From Dehalococcoidia bacterium (lineage in GTDB: Bacteria > Chloroflexota > Dehalococcoidia > Bin125), in the NCBI GenBank assembly GCA_965208665.1, contig CBDBPH010000001.1, positions 16,408 to 80,407 of the forward strand: 64,000 bases of DNA, given 5' to 3'. A model generated the notes under the pieces. That model was not told the origin of the DNA. It searched no databases and saw nothing but the letters and a program-made list of their open reading frames with translations. The position numbers and the translations under genes are program-made. How positions within the stretch are numbered: the first letter of the stretch is position 1; each line of letters starts with the position of its first letter. Below, one piece after another: positions 37,872-47,255 of the stretch.

Positions 37872-38305
37872 GCAGCTTGATCATCACCATCTGCATGAGC
37901 ATGTCACTACGCCATCGCTTGCCCGAAATGTGTCGCATCCTCGAGGCCGCCGGCCACGAGGTGCTGACACCGGTCGACACCCGCGAGTTCGACTACGAAG
38001 GCGCCAACGACCATCAACGCGCCGATCTGAAGCGGGACAAGGACCTGATCCGCACCCACTACGAGAAGATCAAGGTCTCCGATGCCATCCTCGTCCTCAA
38101 CGAGGACCTGCCCGACCGGCCGCGATACATCGGAGGCAACAGCTTCCTCGAAATGGGCTTCGCCCACGTCCTCGACATCCCCATCTATCTCATGCAGGAT
38201 CTCCCGGAGTCCCCTTACCGATCGGAGATGCTGGCTATGGATCCGATCGTGCTCAACGGCGATCTGAGCCTGATCCCGGCTGAGCTTCAAGCGGCGGTCG
38301 GATAG
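37868..38305 (+). CDS. Small hypothetical protein, nucleoside-2-deoxyribosyltransferase-like fold
   Basis: ITIC.S, KI..SDAILVLN, YIGGNSFLEMGFA, PIY pattern; GTG overlaps the guaA stop. Confidence 0.65.
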   Translation: MSSLIITICMSMSLRHRLPEMCRILEAAGHEVLTPVDTREFDYEGANDHQRADLKRDKDLIRTHYEKIKVSDAILVLNEDLPDRPRYIGGNSFLEMGFAHVLDIPIYLMQDLPESPYRSEMLAMDPIVLNGDLSLIPAELQAAVG

Positions 38306-38314
38306 CCTCGCGGC

Positions 38315-39580
38315 ATGCGAGTCCTGATTGTCGGCGGCGGCGGTCGCGAGCACGCCCTGGCCTGGAAGCTGGCCCAGTCTCCGTCCTGCGAAGCGATCTT
38401 CGCAGCCCCCGGCAATGCGGGAACCGCTGAACTGGGGGAAAACCTCACCGTCCACGACTCCGACATCGACGCCATCTGCGACGCCGCTGCCGAGCGCCGC
38501 ATCGATCTCGTCGTCGTCGGCCCCGAAGCGCCGCTCGCCGCCGGACTGGTCGACACGCTCAACGAGCGCGGCATCCCCGCGTTCGGACCCACCCAGTCCG
38601 CCGCGCGGATCGAATCCTCGAAGTGGTTCGCCAAGTCGATCATGCAGGCTGCCAATGTTCCGCACGCCGGAGGCGAACTCTTCGAGACCCCCCAGGCCGC
38701 CCACAAGTGGCTCGAAATCCTCGGCCCCGACGATCTGCCCGTGCTCAAAGCCGACGGCCTCGCCGCCGGCAAGGGCGTCATCGTCCCCGACCACATCGAC
38801 GACGCCCACGAAGCCGTCGATCAGATGTTCGCCGGCGCCTTCGGTTCCGCCGGCGAGCGAGTCGTGATCGAAGACCGCCTCTCCGGCATGGAAGCCTCCG
38901 CCATGGCCATTGTCTCCGGGACAGAAACTCTGCCGCTCCCGCTGAGCTGCGACTACAAGCGAATCATGGACAACGACCAGGGACCGAACACCGGCGGCAT
39001 GGGCGTCTACGCGCCGCCGGGTTTCGTCGGCGACCCAGACGATGTCTTCTCCTCCATCCACCAGCCGGTCGTCGATCAGATGGCCTCCGACGGCATCGAA
39101 TTCCGCGGCCTGCTCTACGCCGGACTGATGCTCGACGGCGGGACGATGAACGTCCTCGAGTTCAACGCCCGCTTCGGCGACCCCGAGACCCAGGCCGTCC
39201 TGCCCCTGCTCGACGGCGACCTGCTCCCCGTTCTCGCCGCTTCAGCTCGTGGAGACGCCCTGCCCAAAAATGCGATCTCTCATTCCGGCCGGGCATCGGT
39301 CAGCGTTGCCATCGTCAGCGGCGGATATCCCGGACCCTACGAGACAGGCAAGCCGATCCACGGCCTCGATGCCGTCGACGACGCGGTCGACATCTTCCAC
39401 GCCGGAACCGCAATCGACGATGATGGACGCATCACAACCGCGGGTGGCCGAGTGCTCGCGGTGACCGCCGTCGCCGATACGCTGGCCGAAGCAAGAGGCA
39501 TCGCATACGACAACGTCCGCCGCATCACATTCGACGGCTCGTTCCACCGCACGGACATTGCCCTGAGAGAACTCACATGA
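38315..39580 (+). CDS. purD: Phosphoribosylamine-glycine ligase
   Basis: GGGGREHALAW, GPEAPL, KADGLAAGKGV, GPNTGGMG, EFNARFGDPE. Confidence 0.96.
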   Translation: MRVLIVGGGGREHALAWKLAQSPSCEAIFAAPGNAGTAELGENLTVHDSDIDAICDAAAERRIDLVVVGPEAPLAAGLVDTLNERGIPAFGPTQSAARIESSKWFAKSIMQAANVPHAGGELFETPQAAHKWLEILGPDDLPVLKADGLAAGKGVIVPDHIDDAHEAVDQMFAGAFGSAGERVVIEDRLSGMEASAMAIVSGTETLPLPLSCDYKRIMDNDQGPNTGGMGVYAPPGFVGDPDDVFSSIHQPVVDQMASDGIEFRGLLYAGLMLDGGTMNVLEFNARFGDPETQAVLPLLDGDLLPVLAASARGDALPKNAISHSGRASVSVAIVSGGYPGPYETGKPIHGLDAVDDAVDIFHAGTAIDDDGRITTAGGRVLAVTAVADTLAEARGIAYDNVRRITFDGSFHRTDIALRELT

Positions 39581-39593
39581 GGGAGCTTCAATC

Positions 39594-39941
39594 ATGACCA
39601 CCCGCACGATCAAACCGAACCTGCAGACCCACGACGACGTCCCGCCGATCGAGATGTTCCCGGGCGTCTCCCGCCGTACGCTCAACGCCGGCGAGCGCAC
39701 CTCAATCCACGAGATCCAGATCGCCGAGGGCTGCACTGTGCCGATGCACACCCATCCGCACGAACAGATCGGATACCTCGTCTCCGGCCGCGTCCGCTTC
39801 GAGCTGGGAGACGAGATCAAGGAGCTCTCCGCCGGCGACTCCTGGATCATTCCCTCCGAGGTCCCGCACGAGGTGACCGCGCTGGAAGACGCCGTTGCGC
39901 TCGACATCTTCTCTCCCGCTCGCGAGGAGTACATCCCCTAA
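39594..39941 (+). CDS. Cupin domain protein
   Basis: HTHPHEQ, PH, DIFSPARE. Confidence 0.88.
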   Translation: MTTRTIKPNLQTHDDVPPIEMFPGVSRRTLNAGERTSIHEIQIAEGCTVPMHTHPHEQIGYLVSGRVRFELGDEIKELSAGDSWIIPSEVPHEVTALEDAVALDIFSPAREEYIP

Positions 39942-41233
39942 TGATCCCCCGCTATCAACGCGCGGAGATGGCCGCGCTCTGGACCGATGACGCCAAGTGG
40001 CGGCGCTGGCTCGATGTCGAGATCGCCGTCGTCAACGCCTGGGCCGACGAGGGCGTCATCCCTCGCGAAGACGCCGAATTGATAGCGAAGAATGCGGGCT
40101 ACAACGTCGCAGACATCGACCGATACCAGGTGAAAATCCACCACGACACGTTGGCATTCCTGCAATCCGTCGCCGACACCCTCGGCCCGGAGTCGCGCTG
40201 GGTCCACCATGGCCTGACCACGTCCGATGTCTGGGACACGGCCTCGGCCCTCCAGATCCGCGACGCCGCGCGGATCATCGAGGACGACCTCGAGCGCCTC
40301 GAAGCCGCAATCACGAAGCGCGCCGTCGAGCACAAGCACACGCTCTGCATCGGCCGCACGCACGGCATCCACGGCGAGCCGACCACCTTCGGTCTCAAAC
40401 TCGCGAGCTGGGTCGACGAGACGCGCCGCAACCGACGACGCCTCGCCGACGCCATCGAATCCGTCGCCGTCGGCAAGATCTCCGGAGCCGTCGGCACCCA
40501 CGCCACCGTGCCGCCGCACATCGAGGAGCGCGTCTGCCGCGAACTCGGACTGGGCGTCGAGGCGATCTCCACCCAGGTCGTGCAGCGCGACCGGCACGCT
40601 CATTTCCTCTCCACCCTCGCTGTGATCGCCGCCTCGCTGGAGCGCTTCGCCACCGAGATTCGCCATCTCCAGCGCACCGAAGTGCGCGAAGTCCGCGAGC
40701 CCTTCGCCGAGGGTCAGGCCGGTTCCTCAGCCATGCCGCACAAGCGCAACCCGGAGAAAGCCGAGCGTGTCTGTGGTCTCGCCCGCACGATCCGGGCCAA
40801 CGCCCTAACCGCGCTGGAGAACGTCGCCCTCTGGCACGAGCGCGACATCTCCCACACCTCGGCCGAGCGCATCGCCATCCCCGACGCCTGCTTCGCCCTC
40901 GACTACATCTCCGACATGCTCGCCTGGATCATCGACGGCCTGGTCATCGACGCCGACCGTATGCAGGCCAACCTGGAATCCTCCTACGGCCTGATCTACA
41001 GCCAGCGAGTCATGCTCGCCCTGACTGAAGCCGGTGTCGGCCGAGACGACGCATACAAGCGAGTCCAGTCCTACGCCATGCAAGCCTGGGATGAAGGAAT
41101 CCAGTTCCGAGAGTTAATCGAGGTCGACGAAGTGATCACCTCCGCCCTCGATCACGAAGCAATGGACGCCGTCTTCGACCCGGGCTACTTCACCCAACAC
41201 ATCGACGCCTCCTTCGCCCGCCTCGGCCTCTAG
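39941..41233 (+). CDS. purB: Adenylosuccinate lyase
   Basis: MIPRY, HHGLT.SD, GRTHG.H.EP, GSSAMPHKRNP, HERDISH. Confidence 0.96.
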   Translation: MIPRYQRAEMAALWTDDAKWRRWLDVEIAVVNAWADEGVIPREDAELIAKNAGYNVADIDRYQVKIHHDTLAFLQSVADTLGPESRWVHHGLTTSDVWDTASALQIRDAARIIEDDLERLEAAITKRAVEHKHTLCIGRTHGIHGEPTTFGLKLASWVDETRRNRRRLADAIESVAVGKISGAVGTHATVPPHIEERVCRELGLGVEAISTQVVQRDRHAHFLSTLAVIAASLERFATEIRHLQRTEVREVREPFAEGQAGSSAMPHKRNPEKAERVCGLARTIRANALTALENVALWHERDISHTSAERIAIPDACFALDYISDMLAWIIDGLVIDADRMQANLESSYGLIYSQRVMLALTEAGVGRDDAYKRVQSYAMQAWDEGIQFRELIEVDEVITSALDHEAMDAVFDPGYFTQHIDASFARLGL

Positions 41234-41248
41234 CCCTCTCCCTACGAT

Positions 41249-41355
41249 GCCCCGCACTTGATGCGGGGCCCATTCCCCATTCCCCTCTCCCCCCGCCCTC
41301 CGGCGGGGGGAGATGCCGAAAGCCTGCCCCCGCGAAGGCGGGGGGCAGAGGGGGG
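41249..41355. repeat. Cluster of nested palindromic REP-like elements
   Basis: Hairpins gccccgca-cttga-tgcggggc, tctccccccgcc-ctcc-ggcggggggaga and ctgcccccgc-gaag-gcggggggcag. Confidence 0.75.
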
Positions 41356-41437
41356 CATCCCCCGTTCCCCACCTGATCGGGGACCTACCCCCTCGCCCCA
41401 CCCTCCGCAAACTCCGACACACCCTCCGCCCCACATA

Positions 41438-41449
41438 GAACACCCGTAC
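41438..41449 (+). promoter_or_regulatory. Possible LexA (SOS) box next to a -10-like element
   Basis: GAAC-ACCC-GTAC followed by GTATATGAT in an otherwise very GC-rich spacer. Confidence 0.45.
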
Positions 41450-41492
41450 GTATATGATCAATCGCCTATCGCCACCGGAAGGACCCCCAACC

Positions 41493-41915
41493 ATGACCGC
41501 CGCCAACGCCATGACCGCCCCGCGCGCCCCCGCCGCCGTCAACCCCCCGCTGCCGCTGCGCAAGGATGCCATCCTCAATCACCTCGCCCATCACGCCACC
41601 AACGGACCCGCCTACGTCCAACTCGGCGCGACCAAGGCCCTCGCCCGACTCACCGGCCTCTACGCCGAAGCCCGCTACGAGGCCCAACTCGCCTTCGAGA
41701 CCGCCCGCGACGCCGTCCGTGAGGCCGCCCACGAGGCCACCGACCAGGCCACCGAAAAGACTCGGACCGCCTACGAACGGGTCACCGAACTCATGAACGG
41801 CGCCGAAGTTACCGAGGAAGACCTCGGCGGCTTCGCCAAATTCGTCAAGCAGCGCGAGGAAGCAGAAGAGGAAGAAGAGCAAGGCTCCGGCAATGACGAG
41901 GACGAACCACCCTAA
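41493..41915 (+). CDS. Hypothetical protein with an acidic C-terminus
   Basis: Host-like C-ending codon bias, GAAGGA upstream, helical core. Confidence 0.65.
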   Translation: MTAANAMTAPRAPAAVNPPLPLRKDAILNHLAHHATNGPAYVQLGATKALARLTGLYAEARYEAQLAFETARDAVREAAHEATDQATEKTRTAYERVTELMNGAEVTEEDLGGFAKFVKQREEAEEEEEQGSGNDEDEPP

Positions 41916-42134
41916 TCCACAGACCACCCGGCAGTTCGCCATCGTCGAGCTGCTGCACGACCGGCGCGGTTTTTTTCCGACCGACCGCCAACGCCAGCTC
42001 TACACGACGCTCCTTGGTACCCCGTCCCCCGATTCAATCGTGGAGCAGCCCCAGGGCCAGGCCGCCGTGCCCCCCGTCCACAGCAGCCGATTATTCTGTC
42101 AACTTGACCTAAGATCGCCTCAGAGGAGTTTGCG

Positions 42135-43046
42135 ATGACCGTGATGATGGAGTCCAACCTCGACCTGCCCAAACACTCGGGCAAGGTCCGCGATATCTAT
42201 GACCTCGGCGACCGGCTGCTGCTGGTCGCGACCGACCGCGTCTCGGCATTTGACGTCGTCCTGCCCAATGGCATTCCCGACAAGGGCTGCGTGCTGACCC
42301 AGATGTCGGCCTTTTGGTTCGACGCCACCGAGTCGGTCGTGCCCAACCACATGATCCGCGTGATCGACTCGACCGACAACCCCGACATCCCGGTCGCGCT
42401 CGGTCCCGAGTACATCGGCCGCTCGATGCTCGTGACCAAGGCGCAGCCGGTCAAACTCGAGGCGATCGTGCGCGGCTACCTGGCCGGCTCGGGCTGGGCC
42501 GAGTACCAGCGCGACGGCACGGTCTGCGGCATCCCGCTGCCAGCCGGGCTGACCGAATCGGAGCCGCTGCCCAATCCGATCTTCACCCCCTCGACCAAGG
42601 GCGAGGTCGGCGAGCACGACGAGAACATCACCTACGAGCAGGCCGTCGGCATCGTCGGCCAGGATGTGGCCAACACCGTCAAGGTCCGCTCGATGGCGCT
42701 CTACACCTTCGGCCTGTCGCGAGCCCAGGAGGCCGGTTTCTTCCTCGCCGACACCAAGTTCGAGTTCGGCGTCACTCAGAACGAGCAGGGTGAGGACGAG
42801 GTCATCCTGATCGACGAGGCCTTGACGCCGGATTCGTCGCGCTTCTGGGACGCCGAGATCTACAAGCCCGGCCAATCCCAGCCCTCCTACGACAAGCAGC
42901 CGCTGCGCGACTGGCTGACCGGAACCGGCTGGGACAAGGAACCGCCCGGACCGCCGCTGCCGGACGACGTCGTCGAGAACATCCGCAGCCGCTATCGCAC
43001 GGCCTACGAGCGCGTCACCGGCCGCGAACTGATCACGGCCGGCTGA
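42135..43046 (+). CDS. purC: SAICAR synthase
   Basis: GKVRDIY, TDRVSAFD, RGYLAGSG, DTKFEFG, PDSSRFW, DKQ. Confidence 0.96.
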   Translation: MTVMMESNLDLPKHSGKVRDIYDLGDRLLLVATDRVSAFDVVLPNGIPDKGCVLTQMSAFWFDATESVVPNHMIRVIDSTDNPDIPVALGPEYIGRSMLVTKAQPVKLEAIVRGYLAGSGWAEYQRDGTVCGIPLPAGLTESEPLPNPIFTPSTKGEVGEHDENITYEQAVGIVGQDVANTVKVRSMALYTFGLSRAQEAGFFLADTKFEFGVTQNEQGEDEVILIDEALTPDSSRFWDAEIYKPGQSQPSYDKQPLRDWLTGTGWDKEPPGPPLPDDVVENIRSRYRTAYERVTGRELITAG

Positions 43047-43057
43047 TTCCGACCCCG

Positions 43058-43333
43058 ATGCGGTACAAGGCCGAAATCCACGTCACGCTGAAGCGCACAG
43101 TCAACGACCCGCAGGGCCTGGCCATCCGAGGCGGCCTGCACTCGCTCGGCTACGACGGAGTCGAGACTGTTCGAGCCGGCAAGTTCATCGAGGTCTGGCT
43201 GGAAGCCGAGTCCGCCGCCGAAGCGCAGCGCCTCGCCGACGAAATGTCGGACCAGTTGCTGGCCAATCCGGTGATTGAGGACTTTCGGGTACAAATCGCG
43301 GAGACTCCCTCTCCCACTGGGAGAGGGAGTTGA
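43058..43333 (+). CDS. purS: FGAM synthase subunit PurS
   Basis: VTLK..V.DPQG, VRAGK, LLANPVIEDF. Confidence 0.93.
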   Translation: MRYKAEIHVTLKRTVNDPQGLAIRGGLHSLGYDGVETVRAGKFIEVWLEAESAAEAQRLADEMSDQLLANPVIEDFRVQIAETPSPTGRGS

Positions 43334-43386
43334 CTTTCGGGTTTCCGTTCCGGTCCCCTCTCCCTCTGGGGGAGGGTTAGGGTGAG
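43304..43386. repeat. Two CCCTCTCCC-N3-GGGRGAGGG REP-like palindromes
   Basis: actccctctcccactgggagagggagt and ccctctccctctgggggagggttagggtgag. Confidence 0.8.
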
Positions 43387-43402
43387 CGCCGCCCGCGTCC
43401 GA

Positions 43403-43990
43403 CTACTCGCTCAACGTCCCCTTGGTACTCGGCGCGCCGGACTCCTCGACCACTCGCACCGCGTCGCGCAGACACCGGGCCAGCGCCTTGAACGTCGCCT
43501 CGATGATGTGATGCTCGTTCTCGCCGGCCAATTGCCGCACATGCAGCGCAAGACGCCCTTCATGGGCGATGGTCTCGAGAATGTGCTTGGCCATCGACGA
43601 GGGCAGTTCGCCGATCATCGGCGCCGGAAACTCGAGGTTGATCGCGGCGTATGGCCGACCGCTCAGGTCCAGCGCAACCTGAACCAACGCCTCGTCCAGC
43701 GGCACCGCGCGGTCGGCGAACCGGGCGATACCGGCGCGGTCGCCAAGCGCCTCGTCCAATGCCCGTCCAACCGCGATCGCCACGTCCTCAGACGTGTGGT
43801 GAGCGTCGACGTGCAGGTCGCCGCTCGCTCGCACGGTGAGGTCGAATCCGCCGTGCCGCGCCAGTTGGTGCAACATGTGGTCAAGCATCCCGACGCCGGT
43901 CTCGACAGATGCATCGCCGGAGCCGTCGAGCTCCAGTTCGACGGAGATCGAGGTCTCGCCGGTCTCGCGTGTGATGGTCGCAGTGCGCAT
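43403..43990 (-). CDS. hisB: Imidazoleglycerol-phosphate dehydratase
   Basis: RETGET, DHML, DAHHT.ED, DLSGRP, NEHHIIEA.FKA. Confidence 0.95.
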   Translation of the reverse strand: MRTATITRETGETSISVELELDGSGDASVETGVGMLDHMLHQLARHGGFDLTVRASGDLHVDAHHTSEDVAIAVGRALDEALGDRAGIARFADRAVPLDEALVQVALDLSGRPYAAINLEFPAPMIGELPSSMAKHILETIAHEGRLALHVRQLAGENEHHIIEATFKALARCLRDAVRVVEESGAPSTKGTLSE

Positions 43991-44093
43991 GCGCCCACTG
44001 TGTCGCAGATGGCGAGCGATGTCCAGTGCCGACCTACACTGGAGTCAAGCACCATCCGTTCGGAGCGGGGCAGAGAGCGCAGGCAGGGAACAT

Positions 44094-44519
44094 ATGGAAC
44101 GCACGGAGCTGATCGACAAACTCAACGTGGATCTCGCTGCGGAACTCGGCGCGATCGTCACCTACATCACCTACGCGGCCCGGGTTGACGGTCCGCATCG
44201 ACCGCAGCTGTCGCAGTTCTTCACGGCCGAAGTCAACGGCGAGCAGGTGCACGCGACCTATCTGTCGAACAAGATCGTCTCAATGGGCGGCGAACCGACG
44301 ACCGTACCGGCCAGCGTGCCACTGCCGCAGGGCAACCGGGCCATGCTCGAAGAGGTATTGAGCATGGAGCGGGATGCCGTCAGTCGCTACACCCAGCGCA
44401 TCCAGGATGCCGAAGCCTACGGCGACATCGCGCTCAAGGTCACCCTCGAAGACTTCATTCGAGACGAAACCAGCCACGTCGAGGAAACCGAAGCAATCCT
44501 CCGCCACTGGGACTTGTAA
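44094..44519 (+). CDS. Ferritin-like (bacterioferritin-type) protein
   Basis: DLAAELGAI..Y, GEQVHA, ERDAV..Y, DETSH di-iron motifs. Confidence 0.85.
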   Translation: MERTELIDKLNVDLAAELGAIVTYITYAARVDGPHRPQLSQFFTAEVNGEQVHATYLSNKIVSMGGEPTTVPASVPLPQGNRAMLEEVLSMERDAVSRYTQRIQDAEAYGDIALKVTLEDFIRDETSHVEETEAILRHWDL

Positions 44520-44529
44520 GGCGCTGGTT

Positions 44530-44562
44530 CCCTCTCCCTGTGGGAGAGGGTTAGGGTGAGGG
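44530..44562. repeat. CCCTCTCCC REP-like palindrome, same family as 43304-43386
   Basis: ccctctccctgtgggagagggttagggtgaggg. Confidence 0.8.
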
Positions 44563-45411
44563 CCGCTCGGTCGAACGCTCTTCGATTGCGTAGAGCTCGT
44601 CCATGCCGGCCATGTCCTGGACTTCGCGATAGAGCGACATGATCTCGTCGATATCGCGGCCCGATGCACCGCTGGCGGCCATGTTGCGATAGGCATCGCG
44701 CATCGCGCCATACGCCGCGACCTGGCCGGTGAAGGGGTCGATGAGGACGTTGAACCCGTGCTCGGCCAACATCGTTCGGTCAAGACGGTCGGCCTGGCCC
44801 ATCAGCGAGAGCGGACCGCCAAGTACCCGCCCGGCCTCCGCGATCTGTTCGGGATCGCCGGTGAAGAGCATCAGCACGTCCGCGCCCGCCTCCCGGTACG
44901 CAGCACAGCGCTCCAGCGCACGCTCAAACGACTCGTTCCGGACCGCACCCGTCCGCGCGATGATGATGAAGTCTTCGTCCCGCCGCACATCGACCGCCTC
45001 GCGCACCTTGTCGACCATCATCTCGATCGGGACCAGATGCTCGACGCCCTTGTGGTGATGGGCCCGCTTGGGCGCGACCTGGTCCTCGATTTCGATAGCG
45101 GCGCCGCCGGCCGCCTCGATCTCTCTGACGGCCCGGGTCGTGTGCAGGGCGTCTCCGAACCCGACGCCGCCGTCGACAATAAGTGGTACATTTGCGCGAG
45201 CAGCGATCTGGCGGGTCAACCCCGCCACCTCGGTGATCGTGAGTAGCGCCTCGGAGACCGAGAGTTGGAATCCGAATCCGCCGCCGGAGAGGTAGGCGGC
45301 TTCGAAGCCGAGCGATTCGACGAGTCGGGCTGAGAGCGGGTCGAGGGCGACGGGCGCGAGGATCGGTTGTCCGGAGCGGACGAGGTTAGCGAATGCCGAC
45401 CGGTCAGTCAT
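44551..45411 (-). CDS. Isocitrate lyase/PEP mutase family protein
   Basis: GFEAAYLSG, PLIVDG..GFG, IEDQVAPKRAHH, IIARTG, EAGAD. Confidence 0.88.
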   Translation of the reverse strand: MTDRSAFANLVRSGQPILAPVALDPLSARLVESLGFEAAYLSGGGFGFQLSVSEALLTITEVAGLTRQIAARANVPLIVDGGVGFGDALHTTRAVREIEAAGGAAIEIEDQVAPKRAHHHKGVEHLVPIEMMVDKVREAVDVRRDEDFIIIARTGAVRNESFERALERCAAYREAGADVLMLFTGDPEQIAEAGRVLGGPLSLMGQADRLDRTMLAEHGFNVLIDPFTGQVAAYGAMRDAYRNMAASGASGRDIDEIMSLYREVQDMAGMDELYAIEERSTERPSP

Positions 45412-46622
45412 TGCGGGACTCCTTCGTCGAGCGAGACGACGCCGGCCTCGGCCAATCCGTCGATTTCTTCGGCAGAACGGCCGATCAGTTCCAGGGCTTC
45501 TCGGGTGTGTTCAGCGATTGCGGAGGCTCCTCGATTGAGGTGGATTGGAGTTCTCGAGAGGTGGACGGGGGAGCCGGAGACTCTGATGGTCTTTTGGGAC
45601 TTGGCGACGGGGAGCTCGGCGATCATGCCTCGGGCGTTGATGTGGGGGTCGCTGATGATCTCGGGGAGGGTGTTCATCGGGGCGGCGATGCAGACGCCTT
45701 CGAGCTCGGCCTCCCACTCGGCGGTGGTTCGCTTCTTGAAGGCTTCGTTGAGGATGGGTTCGAGGTCGGCGTGATGGTCGGTGCGGTCGGGGTTGGTCTG
45801 GAACCGCTCGTCGTGGAGCAGATCGTCGCGCTCGATCTTGGCGCAGAAGAGTTGCCAGTCCTTGACGCCTGCGATCACCATCCATCCGTCGAGAGTCGGG
45901 AATGCCTGGAACGGGGTGACCAGCGGGTGCCGGGTTCCGATCGGGCCGGGCACTTCGTCTGTGTTCGCCGCGCGGACGACGGCGTTCTCAAGCAGGGCGA
46001 CCTGGGCGTCGAGCATGGCGACGTCAACGTGCTGGCCGAGGCCGGAGGACTCCCGCTCATGCATCGCCGCGAGCACGCCGATGGCGGTGTACATGCCGCC
46101 GGCCATGTCGCCGATCGAGTAGCCGGGGCGGGCGGGCGGACCGCCGGGGTGTCCGGTGATGCTCATCACGCCGCCCATGCCCTGGACGATCACATCAACG
46201 GCGGGGCGGTGCTGGTAGGGGCCGGTGTGGCCGAAACCGGAGGTGGACGCATAGATCAGGCGCGGATTGACGGCGGAGAGATCGTCGTAGCCGAGGCCCA
46301 ACCGCTTCATGGCACCGGGGCGGAAGTTCTCGGTGAGGATGTCGATGCCGCCGGCCGATGGGTCGATCAGATCCTTGACGATCTGCACCGCCTCGGGATG
46401 CTTGAGGTCGAGCGTGACCGACTTCTTGCCCCGATTGACGCTGAAGAAGTAGGTCGAAACGCCGTGAACGTATGGCCCTGCACCCCGGTGTCGCTCGTTG
46501 GTCTCGACGTGCTCGACCTTGTACACATCGGCGCCGAGGTCGGTGAGAATCATCGATCCATATGGCCCGGCCAGAGCCCAGGTGAAATCCAGAATGCGAA
46601 GGCCTTCGAGCGGTCCGGGCAT
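45408..46622 (-). CDS. CoA-transferase family III
   Basis: GPLEGLRILDF, NRGKKS, ENFRPG, SGFG.TGP, SIGDMAGG. Confidence 0.92.
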   Translation of the reverse strand: MPGPLEGLRILDFTWALAGPYGSMILTDLGADVYKVEHVETNERHRGAGPYVHGVSTYFFSVNRGKKSVTLDLKHPEAVQIVKDLIDPSAGGIDILTENFRPGAMKRLGLGYDDLSAVNPRLIYASTSGFGHTGPYQHRPAVDVIVQGMGGVMSITGHPGGPPARPGYSIGDMAGGMYTAIGVLAAMHERESSGLGQHVDVAMLDAQVALLENAVVRAANTDEVPGPIGTRHPLVTPFQAFPTLDGWMVIAGVKDWQLFCAKIERDDLLHDERFQTNPDRTDHHADLEPILNEAFKKRTTAEWEAELEGVCIAAPMNTLPEIISDPHINARGMIAELPVAKSQKTIRVSGSPVHLSRTPIHLNRGASAIAEHTREALELIGRSAEEIDGLAEAGVVSLDEGVPQ

Positions 46623-46631
46623 GTCGGTCGC

Positions 46632-47192
46632 CTATTCGATTTCGAGTCCCGGCGTGCCTGCTTCGAGTTGGACGCCGAGCGTGTTGAGCGCCATCGAGAC
46701 CAGGTTGTACTGCCCGGCGGCGAACACCACATCCATCATCTGTTTCGTGTCGTACCGCTCCGCCAGCTCATTCCAGGTTTTGTCGCTCAGGAACGCGTCC
46801 CCGTGAAGCTCGTCGGCGGCTCTCAGGAGCGCGGCCTCGTGGGCGGTCCACGCCCCGTGCTCGGGGCCTTCCTTGACTCGCTCCACCTCCTCCAGCGTGA
46901 GACCCGCCTGCTGACCGATCCGTCGGTGCTGGCCGAACTCGTAGCCCGACCGGCAGTTCCAGCCCATCCGCAGGATCACCAACTCGCGCTCGCGGTCGGG
47001 CAGCGATGAGCCACCGAGGACATGTCGAGCGAAGTAGCCCCAGGCCGACGACAGCTCGGGATAGTGAGCGAGCGTCCTGGTGATGTTGAGCACCGGCCCG
47101 CCCCGCGCTTCGGCCCGTTCGAGCTGTGCCCTCGATTCGCCCTCCGCCGTCTCAATCGTCAACGGCTGCAAACGTGGTTTCGAAAGCCGCAT
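46632..47192 (-). CDS. Carboxymuconolactone decarboxylase/AhpD-like protein
   Basis: RERELVILR...C...YEFGQH, LRAADEL, GQYNLVS. Confidence 0.88.
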   Translation of the reverse strand: MRLSKPRLQPLTIETAEGESRAQLERAEARGGPVLNITRTLAHYPELSSAWGYFARHVLGGSSLPDRERELVILRMGWNCRSGYEFGQHRRIGQQAGLTLEEVERVKEGPEHGAWTAHEAALLRAADELHGDAFLSDKTWNELAERYDTKQMMDVVFAAGQYNLVSMALNTLGVQLEAGTPGLEIE

Positions 47193-47255
47193 GGCGTCCT
47201 CCCGATCTGTGGCTCAGGCATCGCTGAGGCCAAGGCAGGATAGAGCGGATGGCTG

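Noticed and set aside
36303-41915. Strong C-rich skew over guaA-purB as a sign of foreign DNA
   Set aside because: It is explained by a preference for C-ending codons in core genes, and no mobility signatures are present.
41940-42080. Possible ZMP/ZTP riboswitch upstream of purC (GACCGGCG ... GGAGCAGC)
   Set aside because: The P1 register, the P2 stem and the 3' GCCG..CGCCUGGGC pseudoknot hairpin do not fit. A covariance-model search would be needed.
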